DNA from: Hemiscyllium ocellatum
Lineage: Eukaryota
Assembly (NCBI RefSeq): GCF_020745735.1
Contig: NC_083435.1
Location: 33,417,231 to 33,481,230 of the forward strand
Direction: 5' to 3'
Length of the DNA stretch: 64,000 nucleotides
Positions 26,474-37,560 of this stretch are shown here, piece after piece (the first letter of the stretch is position 1; every line of letters begins with the position of its first letter). The notes below the pieces were generated by a model that worked only from the letters and a program-made list of their open reading frames with translations, ran no database searches and was not told the DNA's origin. The translations under genes and the position numbers were made by a program.

Positions 26474-27608
26474 GAACAAAGAAAGAACAAAGAAAATTTA
26501 CAGCCCAGGAGCAGAATTTTGGCTCTCTAACCCTGAGCCGATCCAAATGTACTATCTTAACCTATTGGTCATTTCCAAAGCATCTGCATCCCTCTCCACC
26601 CCTCCGACTCATGCATTTATTCAGACGAATCTTAAGTGAATCTACCGTGCCTGCCTCAACCACTTCTACTGGCAACGCATTCCAAACGCCCACCACCCTC
26701 TGTGTGAAGTACTTGCCACGTGTATCCCCCTTAAGCTATCCACCTCTCAGCTTGAAAGCCTGACCTCTCGTTATTGAATCCTCCACCCTGGGAAAAATCT
26801 TGTCTCTATCCACCATGTCTATACCCTTCATGATTTTATAAACCTCAAAAAGGTCCCCCTTCAATCTGCTTGTTTCTATTAAAAATAGGCCCAACCTACT
26901 CAACCTTACTTCTTAGGTAGCACCTTCCATACCAGGCAACATCCTCGTAAACCTTCTCTGCACCTTCTCCAAAACGTCCACATCCTTTTGGTAATGTGGC
27001 GACCAGAACTGTGTTCTAAATGCGGCCGAAACAATGTCTTGTACAATGTTAACATGAATTGCCAGCTCTTATACTCAATACGCCGTCCAATGAAGGCAAG
27101 CATACTATCTGCCTTTTTGACCACTCTCCACCTGTGCAGCAACCTTTCAGTGCACAATGGACCTGCACTCCCAGATCTCTCTGCCCATCAATTTTTCCCA
27201 AGTCTCTTTTGTTCATTGTATAATTCGCTCTAGAATTAGTCTTGAGTCGAAATGCAACACCTCACATTTTTCTGGATTGAAATCCATCTGCCACTTTTCC
27301 GTCCAACTCTACAGTCTATCTATATCCTCCTGCATTCTCTGACAGTCCCTTAAGATTTCTACTCCTCCATCGATTTTCATATCATCTGCAAAATTGCTGA
27401 TTATAGCAACAATGCCCTCTTCTAGATCATTTACGTATATTACAAACAACAGTGATCCCAACACTGACCCCTGTGGGACAACACTGGTCACCTTTCTCTA
27501 TTTCGAGAAACCTTCAACTGCTACTCTCTGTCTCCTGTTGCTCAACCAGTTCCTGGTCCACCTGGCTAGAACATCCTGCACACCACATGACTTCACTTTT
27601 TCCATTAG
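26474..27608 (-). mobile_element. 5'-truncated CR1 LINE with intact 3' end
   Basis: VPQGSVLGSLLFVIYVNDL...FADDMKI; AGAACAAAG-type tail at 26474. Confidence 0.9.
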
Positions 27609-28783
27609 TCAATTCAATTCAATTCACACTCTCTCCCTCTCTCTCTTTGATGCTCTCTCTCTTTCTATCTCTCCGTGCACTCCTCCCACTCCCACTTTCT
27701 CTCTGTCTATTCCCTCCCACTATCTTTCACTGTCTCTCAGGACCAAACCTCAAACTCTTTGTCCCTACATGCTCCAAATTCATCTCTCTCTCTCACTACC
27801 CCAATACAATCTTTCTCTCTCTGTCTCTCTCTACGCCCTCTCGCTCCCTTTCTCTACGCGCTGTCACTTTCTCTCAGTCTCTCCCCACTCTTTCTCTCCT
27901 CATCCCATTGTCCCTCTAATACTCTCCCATTCGCTTTTCGCCCCCTCCCACTCTTTCTCTTCGTATCCCACTCTCTTTTCCCCCTTACAGTCTCACTTTC
28001 TCTGCACCTCTCCAATTATTTCTCTTCCCCACTATACACTCTTTCACTCTCCTCGATCCAATTCACTCCCTCACTTCACTCACTCGACCTACTCTCTTGC
28101 TTCCCTCACTCACTCTCTAACTTCTTCCTTCACACTCTGTCTCTTTCTCTCTATCTCCTTCCTTCTCTATATCACTAACTCCCTCCCACTCTCTCTCACT
28201 CTCCCTCTACCCAGCCCCCTCTCTCGTTTACGCTCTCTCGCTTCTACCCACTCAGTCTCTCTCTTTACCCCTCCCCACTCCCTCTGTCTATCCCAATCTC
28301 TCTCTTTCTATTGCTCTCTATCTATCTATCCACCTTCCAAACTGCTTCTCTCTACCCCTATCACTCTCTCTCAAACACTCGGCCCAGTCCCCCTCGCTCT
28401 TTCACTTTCTCTCACTACCACCCACTCATTCTCTCTCTCTCTCTACCCCATCCCACTCTCTCTCCCTCACTACTGCCCTCTCACTGTCTCTGTCTCTGTC
28501 TCTGCCCCCGCTGTCTCCCTGTAATGCTCCCAATCTGACTCTTTACCCTCTCTCTCTAAAACAGCGCCTCATCCATCTTTTTGTCACACTCTCTCTCAAC
28601 CCCTCCCACGCTCTCTCCCTCTCTCTCTGTCTCTCTGCACACCTCCCTCTCTCTGTCAACTCCTCCCAATCTCGCTTTCTCTCTCTCTCCGCCATCCAAC
28701 TCGCTTTATCTCATTCTCTGTCTCGTACACTCTCTCTCTCAAACCCCTCCCATTGTCAGTTTTTCTCTCTCTTCCTCCAAACA

Positions 28784-29103
28784 TTTTTTTTTTAGATTAG
28801 ATTACTTACAGTGTGGAAACAGGCCCTTCGGCCCAACAAGTCCACACCGACCCGCCGAAGCGCAACCCACCCATACCCCTACATTTACCCCTTACCTAAC
28901 ACTACGGGCAATTTTAGCATGGCCAATTCACCTGACCCGCACATCTTTGGACTGTGGGAGGAAACCGGAGCACCCGGAGGAAACCCACGCAGACACGGGG
29001 AGAACGTGCAAACTCCACACAGTCAGTCGCCTGAGGCGGGAATTGAACCCAGGTCCCTGGCGCTGTGAGGCAGCAGTGCTAACCACTGAGCCACCGTGCC
29101 GCC
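28784..29103 (-). mobile_element. Full-length, young-looking HE1 SINE
   Basis: 5' GGCGGCACGGTGGCTCAGTGG, A box 29083-29093, B box 29039-29049, CpGs retained, CTAAT and poly(A) tail. Confidence 0.97.
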
Positions 29104-30389
29104 GTATTCTGGCTCTCTGTCTGAGTACCCCCCTCCCAATATCTCTAAGCCCCCTCACACTCTCTCTACCAGCCTCCCACACTTTCTCTCTCTCCACACT
29201 CAATCTCTTTTCTGCATCGTGCTCTCTCTATCTCCCTCCCACATTGACTCTTCCACCATTCAATTCGTTCTCTACCCCCCACTCTCTCTCTCCCATCTAT
29301 CCTCTCTCTCATTCTCTCTCACTCCAACCCCTCCCATTACCTCGACCCAACACCACTCTCTCTACACTGTCCCTTTCTCTATCAAGCAACACTCCCACAA
29401 TCTATTTCTGTTCCCCTCCCACACACGCTGTCTCTACTCCCGCACTCTCTCTGTCTCACTGTGTCTCGCCCTCTAACACCCTACCATTCTCTCTCCACAC
29501 TCTTTCTCTCTCTTCTAAACTCCAACTCACTCTTCCACTCTCCGATTCTCTTTTGACCCCCTCCAACACCATCTACCCTCTATTCCCTCCCTCTGATTAT
29601 CACTGTCTCTACCCGCATTCACTCTCTCTCTGTCTCTACACCCTCCCAACCTCTCCCTCTTTACTTCTCCTCCCTCTATCTCCAATCTCTCCCAGTTCCT
29701 CACGCACACTCTCTCTGTACTCCTCCCAATCTCTTCGTGTCTCCATCCCAACTCTCTCTCTCTCGCTCTATCTCTCTCTCTTTACCCCTTCCCTTCCACT
29801 CTCTGTCTGTCTACAAGTTCATCACTCTCTCTGCCTCCTCTGATGTCTCTAAACCCACCCAAACTCTCTTTCCTCCTTCCATTCTCTCTCGTCTTCCATC
29901 TTCCTTTTTGCACCTCCCCAATGTCTCTCTCTGTCCCTCCCATTCTCTCCAAAACTCCTCCCACCCCCTCTCTCTCACTCTCTACCCCATTCCCACTCTC
30001 TCCCTCTCTCTTCGCCCTCCCACCCTCTTCTCCACGCACTCTCTATCCCACTCCCACACTTTCTCTCTCTACCCCTTACTACTCTATTTCTCTCTGTCCC
30101 TCTCACTGTCGTCCCGTTCTAATCCCCTGATCCCTCTTTCTACCCCTGTCTCACTGTCTATCTCTTGCTCCCCAGTCTCTCTCTCCGTCAATACAACACA
30201 CACTCTCTATCCTCCCCGCCACTCTCTCTCTCACTGCACCAAACCACACTCTCTCTCCTCCCCAAGTCGCTCTCACCCACTCCCCCTCTCTCTTCCCCTT
30301 CGTCCCTCCTTTCCCGCTGACTGAATCTCTCTCCAACCCTCGTTCCGTCTCGATGTGATACTTTCTCTAGCTCATACTTCCCTGTCCCT

Positions 30390-30850
30390 ATGAACCACAG
30401 AAGGGATGGGAGTGTGGAGAGTCTGGAGAGGGAGGGAAAGGACCGAGCAATGAGCAGAAGTGAGAGGGGAGAGAAATTGGGGGAGATATTGGAAGAGGGG
30501 AAAGAGACAACGACAGCAGAAAAGTAGGACAGAAAAGGGGGGAAACATTGAAGAATGGAGGTGGTGGACCGACGGGGCAAAGAAAGGATGTGGAGGGTAA
30601 GAGATAGAGTGAAAGGGAGAGAGTGAGTGAAAGTCAGAGTGTGTGGAGAGAGTGAGATAAATGAGGAGAACAAAAGGGGGAGTGGAAATGGGGGCAGACT
30701 ACAAGAGATGTGGCACGGTGGGAAGAGAGAGAGAGGGATGGATAGTGAGAGAGAGAGATAGAGATGCCGTTGTGTAGAGATGGGGGTAGCAGGGTAGAGA
30801 GATGAATTTGGCAGAGGCCAGGTCAGAGCGGGGGACCCAGAGTTGAAAGC
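30390..30850. repeat. GA-rich tract (inverted counterpart of 3985-4410)
   Basis: Purine-rich on +, between the GPCR 3' UTR and the long CT tract. Confidence 0.8.
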
Positions 30851-31018
30851 AAGGACAGAGTAACTTAAACTCAAATCTGAGTTTGGGCTCCCATACCCTT
30901 CCCTTCCCCGAGCACCAGGACTTGGATCTTAGTCTATCTTTTTCCAGCTCAGCTTCTTCAACACTAATACAAACAACAATATCGTTCACTATGCTGTTCG
31001 CAATTTTTGATGAACATT

Positions 31019-31024
31019 TTTATT
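31019..31024 (-). terminator. Putative polyadenylation signal of the GPCR gene
   Basis: AATAAA on - strand about 210 nt after the stop; conserved in the paralog. Confidence 0.5.
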
Positions 31025-31236
31025 GTTTAAAAATTGATGTGATAGATACAGTCAGTGTGATGTTGCCTTTGCTCATTGGCCCCAGTGTTGAGAGAAACAT
31101 TGAAATGTGTCCCTGTAACCGCGCCGTGGGGTAAGGTTGGACAAAACAGCAGTATCCTCAAATTTGATTACCGGTGCGATAGGCTGCTGAATTCCTGAAA
31201 CGTTGAAATGAAATGAGAAAATCTCGGATGGATTGA

Positions 31237-32147
31237 CTAATGATTGAAATTGATTGATTGATTAATTTGGGCAAAGGTATATTTTAGCAGATTCTTCAGC
31301 TGCTGTCTGAACTTAGTTTGGGTCACGGTATAAATCACAGTGTTTGTACAGCAACTGAGGAGCTGCTGCATGAAGCCCAATTCCTGCACAAAGGGATGTA
31401 AATATATAGGGATATCCACCGTCCACCACATCCGGTACCATATCGAATAAACCATTAACGTTGACCATAACAGGATGAAATTGGTGGAGATCACAAACAA
31501 TAAAATGATGGATTGTTTTCGATTTCTCATTGCTGTGTCAGACTGAGCGTCCCCATTGTTGTGAGCCCAAAGTCTCCTGCGGGCTCTGCTGGTCACTAAA
31601 ATGTGTCTGACAGTGAAAACATTGAGCAGCAGAATCAGGAGAAATGGGAGACCCGGGGTTAGAATGTGATGAAGGAACTCGATTGCGGCCCAGATACGGG
31701 AGAACAGAACAGCGTTTGTTACATAACAAAACCAGGGGAAGTTTATTAGCCGATACCGAGCTGTGAGCATAAAATACCAGAAAATGTTCTTTGAACAGCT
31801 CAGAACAGTCACTGCTCCCAGAACCACAGCCGCCGTTTTCTCACTGCAATATTTACTTTTCAGCTTCTGGCAACAAATGGCCACAAAACGATCAAAAGTG
31901 AATGTAACGGTGAACCAGACAGAACAGTCAGTGGCTGCATAAAGCAGGATGGTGTGGATATTACACACGGGGATGGAGTCCCTCAGGAAATAAAACTGTT
32001 CCCGAAAAACAATGGGAATGTGTCTCAAAATCAGGTCGATGAAAATGACCAGTAGATCCGCCACTGACATGCCTCCCAGGTAACGTCTGACACATGGAGA
32101 CAATCCACAGTCTTTACAAAGCAGGATGTAGATCGTAACTACGTTAA
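31237..32147 (-). CDS. GPR139/GPR142-like class A GPCR, coding exon 2 (end of TM1 to C-terminus), intact
   Basis: Acceptor ttttccttccttacag at 32148-32149, phase 1; 911 nt open; ADL in TM2, DRF at the TM3 end, LLW in TM6, CTNTVIY in TM7 and a helix-8 FRQQL. Family-level call only. Confidence 0.9.
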
Positions 32148-32696
32148 CTGTAAGGAAGGAAAACAAACACATCAGCCTGGCGGCAAAGGGACAAGTTTGG
32201 TTTAGGACCTAGTGAGTTTTCAAACGTGTCACTGTATTCAGAGATTTATTCAAATAATTGAATCTGAAAAATCAAATGGGATGGTCTGAAGTACTGATAA
32301 AACTATGTCATAAATCATAAGAAACTCCCCATCCCCAAATACACAGAGACACATCTATAGAAATAGATGCTTTCCAGAACGTTTCCACACACTTGATCAC
32401 TCCAGAGCAGGCACAGGTCACTTCTTCCCAGTTGCTAATGCGGAGGGTGAAAACTTCGCAGCCCTGAAGGAATCTGTCTCAGTTCCTGGAAGACAAACGG
32501 AGGATAGACATTTCTGTCTCTTAGTCTCAGTTGTGGTCGATCTGTGTTGTGAAGAAATGCAAACGCAGAGGAAATATATTCACTATTTTAACTGCCTGAG
32601 GGGAGTTCAGAACAGTGTCTCATTCTCCCTGGAACAGAATCTCTTCTCTCTGTGTCTTTTCTTTTGTTCATTTCACTGAAGTCTGAATATTCATAA

Positions 32697-33378
32697 ATAA
32701 TGTCAGAGTCAGAATGTTCCAGGGAATGTCAGTTATAGAACGTTCCAGCAAATGTCAGTTAGCCAATGTTCCCGGGAATGTCAGTGACAGAAAGTTCCAG
32801 ACAATGTCGAGTATAGAATGCAGCAGAGAATGTCGGGTACAGAATGTTGCAGGGAATGTCAGCTATAGATGATTCAGAGAATGTCATTTGCAGAATGTTC
32901 TGGGAAATGCCAGTAATGGAATATTCCAGAGAATGACATTTATAAAATATTACATGGCATTTCCGTTATAGAATGTTTGGGCGAATATTGGTCATAGACT
33001 GTTCCAGAGAATGTCAGTTATATAATGTTCCAGAGAATGACGGGTATAGAATGCTCCAGGAAACGTCAGTGATACAATATTCTGGAGAACATCGGGTATA
33101 CATTGTTCCAGAGAATGTCGATTACAAAATGTCGGGTATTAACTGTTCTGGAAAATGTTGGACATACAATGTTTCAGGGACTGCCGGTTATAGAATGCTC
33201 CATAGAATGTCAGTTCTGCAATGTTCAAGAGAATGTCGGATATAAAATGTTTTGGAAATGTCGGAGATAGAATGTTCCATAGAATGCTGGGTATAGAATG
33301 TTGTGGGGAATATCGGTTATAGAATATTCCAGGGACTATTTTGTGTAGAATATTTCAGAGAAAGTCAGTTATAGAATG
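32697..33378 (-). repeat. 26-bp minisatellite, about 26 units (GAATGTTCCAGGGAATGTCAGTTATA on +)
   Basis: Tandem units visible; inverted paralog of 1852-2055. Confidence 0.92.
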
Positions 33379-33849
33379 TGATAGTGTAATAAAGAGCCAC
33401 ATCACAAAGCCCTTTCTGCCCATTGAGTTTGGTGAGACTCATTCAGCCTTATAGTGGGAATCTCTCCTCAAACTCAAATCAACTGGCGTTTTTTTTAATG
33501 CAAAATGAATTCGGTAAAGGTAGTAGCTCAACAACATGCAATAGGATCCTCTTTAGTAAAAATGCAGAAGTTATCCTTTTTTTAGCTATTTCCCCCAACT
33601 TCATTTTCAGTTCTGTCTAAAGTTGCCATCCGTGAAATGTTCTGGATATTTTATTCCCAATATTGTCTCCCTGTATTCGGCTCTCTAATGCCTTTGAATG
33701 ATATCCATTTCTCTCAATGTATGCATTCATCGCCTCAATTTATTTTGAGAAAACAACACATATTCATATAGAGTGCCTTTCATTCAGCTTTTAAACTCAT
33801 TATTCCCTGCTCCATTGTTAACTTTATCCCTCGTATTGAGCTGGTCAGG

Positions 33850-34120
33850 ATACTGTCTGAAATTGTGACACTCACAGAATCAGATCTGATGAGTAATGTA
33901 TCATGAAGCCCCATCACCATCCCTCCGTGTATGCTCTCTCACCAGCAGTACAGACCCACTTGTAGCACTAATATCAGGGGTTTGGCCAGTAAAGGAGTTA
34001 CCCTGGAATTCCCCAAAAATGATTCCAGAACCCGGGATATCTCATTGTAACAGGTCAGTAATGATTAAAGAAATCGCCTGAAGATTGCCATCTACTGCCC
34101 TCCACACAACTCCTTGGTGA
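33850..34120 (+). mobile_element. Relic of the CR1/L2-group LINE seen at 394-950 (endonuclease N-terminal part)
   Basis: Degenerate LTES...ITIP.Y.L...DRP and YxP segments. Confidence 0.5.
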
Positions 34121-34889
34121 ATCGGTAACAGAAATAAATTAGGGATAAAGCGTCTTTATCAGATAAACACAAATTACCGACTGCAGTGACACAGTGACCT
34201 GTGCTGAGGCTTCAACTATTTGCAAACAATATCAACATTTTCGATAAATGGAACAAATGTATTCAGACGAAGATAACCAGGAACTGAAGTTATCAAGAGA
34301 AGGCAGAGAGTCTCTAATTGGAAGAGCAATGGACAGCTGGAATATAACTTGGGCAACCATGAACCTGTGATTTTTTTTTTGGGAAGAATTAAAGGCTGTA
34401 TATTGCATAAATGGAGAGAGATTACAGGAACTAGAGACACGGTGAGTGATGGAGGGTTCACTCTGACCAGTTCAGACATCTGAAGTATTGTTTCATCTCC
34501 CTGATGGTCTTCTCCCTGATGTTCTCAGTGGCCCCATTGCTCTCAACACACGGGATATTTTGATGTGTTTAGTTGGCGGTGGGGAGTGGACAAAGGGGAG
34601 TGTTTGAACAGTGTTTCAAGTGGATGACCTTTATCCGAGAGATTATCCTTTCATTCTACATGGAGACACAAAGATGATGGTAATTGCTGCATGTTTCTGA
34701 ACGAAGGGGCTGTGCCTGCTGTCAGGATAGTGGGTATTCACCAACAAGATGTATTGCGTGTGGGCACATTACAACATTAATGGAATGAGAGACGGAACGT
34801 CCAGGCACAAGAATGAGAAATAAAGGCAGTACCAGATCAGTTAAAACATTTAGTTATCTGCATTCTCATTCAACTACTGATTGCAGAAA

Positions 34890-36880
34890 ACTATGCAGAC
34901 CAGGCCAATGCTTTGAACTGTCAACCTGTCTGGAATAACTGTCCAGCACCCAGACTTGTGTAGACCACAGCAGTGCATTAATCTATACACTCGGATGAAA
35001 TACTTGCCTGGCACCAGGAGCTGATGTATAAACCCAGACGAGATATGTATCTAGCACTGGAAGCTAGGCAGACCACAGAAGTGCATTCATCAATAAAGCT
35101 AGACTAGCTATCAATCCAGCACGGAGAGCTTCGTAGCATAGAACAGCCCATTGATCTATAAAGCCGGATTAAATAACTGTCCAGCACAGGATGCAGACAT
35201 CAGCAGCGGATTGATCCATATATCCGGATGAGGTATCTATCCAGCATGGGGATCTGTGCAGACTAAAACAGTGCATTTATCTAGAAAGCTGGACCAGATA
35301 TCTGCCTGGTACCAGGAACTATGCAGACCACAGCAGTGCATTGATCTATAAATCTGGATTAGATATCTGTCTGGCACCAGTAAGCTATGCAAACTATAGC
35401 AGTTGTTGATGAATAAGTAATTGATGAATTAAGTTCGACTAGATATCTGTCCAGCACGTGGATCTGCGCAGCGTACAGCAGTGCATTGAAATATAAACAT
35501 GGACTCGACATCTACTGAGCACAGGGGGCTGTGCAGACAACAGCGGTGCATTGTTCAATAAAGCTCGACTGGACATCAGTCCAGCACCCGGAGTTGTGCA
35601 GAGCACAGCAGTTCATTGATCAATAAACCTAGACTAGCTATCCGTCCAGCACACGATATGCAGCATCCAGCACTGCATTCATCTATAAACCTGGACTAGA
35701 TATCCATCTAGTACAGGGAGCTATGCAGATCACGGCAGTGCTTTGATCAATAAAGTTTGACTGGATATCCGTCCTTCACGGGGAGCTGTGCAACACACAG
35801 CACTGCATAGATCTATAAAAACGGAATAAATATTTGTCTTATACTGGAAGCTGTGCAGACTACAGCAGTGCACTGAACTTTTCACCCGCTGTAGATATCT
35901 GTCCAGCACCAGGAGCTATGCAGACCACAGCAGTGCATTTATCAATGAAGTCTGACGAGATATCTGCAAAGCGCGGGAGCTGTGCAGCAAAAAGCAGTGT
36001 TTTGATCTATAAAGCTGGTCTAGATATCTGTCCAGTACAAGGAGCTATGCAGACGACAGCAGTGCATCGATCTATATACCAGGACGAGATATCTGCCCAG
36101 CTCCCGGAGCTGTGCAGACCACAGCAGTGCATTGATTTATAAACACGGACTAGATATCTGTCTGGCACCAAGAGCTATGTAAACTACAGCAATGCATGGA
36201 TCTATAAACCTGAGCTACATATCTGTCTGGCACCAGGAGATATGTAAACTACAGAGGTGTATTAATGTGTAAACCCGGACGAGATATCCACAAAGCACAG
36301 AGAGCTCAGAAGACCACCACAGTGCATTGATCAGTGAAGCCAAGCTAGATATCCGTCCAGATCAGGGAGCTTTGCAGACGACAGCAGTGTATTGATCTAT
36401 GAAACTGAATTAAATATTTGTCCACCACCGGAAACTGTGCAGACCACAGCAGTGCATTGATCCATTAATCCGCACTGGATATCTGTCCAGAACCAGGAGC
36501 TATGCTAACCAGAGTAGTGCATTGATCAATTACTTCAACTAGATATCTGTCAATCACGGGGAGATGTGTAGCATAAATCAATGCATTGATCTATCAGCAT
36601 GGTATAGATATCTGTCCGGCGCAGGGAGCTTTGCTTGACCACAACAGTGCATTGATCTATAAACCCAGACTAAACATCTGTCGAGCACGAAGAGCAAAGT
36701 AGACTACAGCAATGCATTGATCTATACACCAGAACGACATATCTGCCCAGCACCCGTAGCTGTGCAGACCACAGCAGGGCATTGATCTAGAAACCCGGGA
36801 CCACATATCTGTCTAGCACCATGAGCTACGCAAGCTACAGCAGTGCATTGATGTATAAATCCAGTCTAGACATCCGTTCA
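34890..36880 (+). repeat. 65-bp minisatellite, about 30 units
   Basis: Unit ATGCAGACCACAGCAGTGCATTGATCTATAAACCCGGACTAGATATCTGTCCAGCACCAGGAGCT; measured spacings 64-66 bp. Confidence 0.93.
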
Positions 36881-37560
36881 GCATGGGATTCATTCGACTT
36901 CTTAAAAATTTTCTTGTCAGTTTCTTGATCCTCCTTTGCGAGGTTCTCCACTTCTCTGAATCCACTGGCTTATCACATCTTTTTGCTCAGGCACTTCCTT
37001 TGATATACTGTTGGTTTCTAACCTGTTTTGTTAACCATCATTGAATTTCTTTGAACTGATTCAATTGTTAATTTTTTTTTGTTAACCATTGCTTAGTCAC
37101 CTTTCCCTTTTGCTGTTTTCACCTGAGTGAGATATATGCATATTGTACACCTTACAGTTTTTCTGTAAATAACCGATATTACCTGCCTTCATTTAAATCT
37201 TCATAATTTATTTTTCCAAATTCACGGAAAACAACTTGCCCCTCACACCTTCATGGTTTGCATGACCAAGGATTCTAACTGGGATTTCAAAAAACACAAG
37301 AAGTGCTTTGGATTCTGACGTCATATTGAATCCTTTATACTATGTCACTGCTCTTAACATTGCCTTTTCAACAAGGTTTGCAATCTGTTCTTCTGATCAC
37401 ACAACATCAATTCCTAACCAACTGATCTCCAACTTGAGGCAGAATATACTGGTAAAGCAAACCATCTCAGACACACTCGTGAAATACATTTTTCCAAGTA
37501 TCAGCATTCACTCACATATTATTTGAAACAGTCCATTATTACTGCAGTACACACGAATAT
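36880..37560 (-). mobile_element. Degenerate CR1 relic
   Basis: Minus-strand similarity to the CR1 ORF2 linker. Confidence 0.5.

Larger units (their letters stand above)
20055..30340. repeat. About 10-kb CT-rich degenerate tract, the inverted counterpart of 4420-9120, with three TE insertions
   Basis: Recurring TCCCACTCTC motif; strong pyrimidine skew on +. Confidence 0.95.

Noticed and set aside
20051-30324. Long plus-strand ORFs (496, 420, 376 aa and others) in the CT tract
   Set aside because: Same compositional artefact; some run through SINE or CR1 sequence.
32148-32172. ATG start of the 311-aa GPCR ORF as the true initiation codon
   Set aside because: It lies in the polypyrimidine tract before a splice acceptor conserved in both paralogs; not included in the CDS call.
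34890-36880. CRISPR-like appearance of the regular arrays (also 10330-12262)
   Set aside because: Whole units are homologous with no unique spacers, no cas genes are present, and the context is a vertebrate genome.
10330-36880. Common ancestry of the 42/45-bp and 65-bp units (TGAYCTAYA and CACCAGG words in inverted orientation)
   Set aside because: Only short word matches; cannot be distinguished from chance without alignment statistics.
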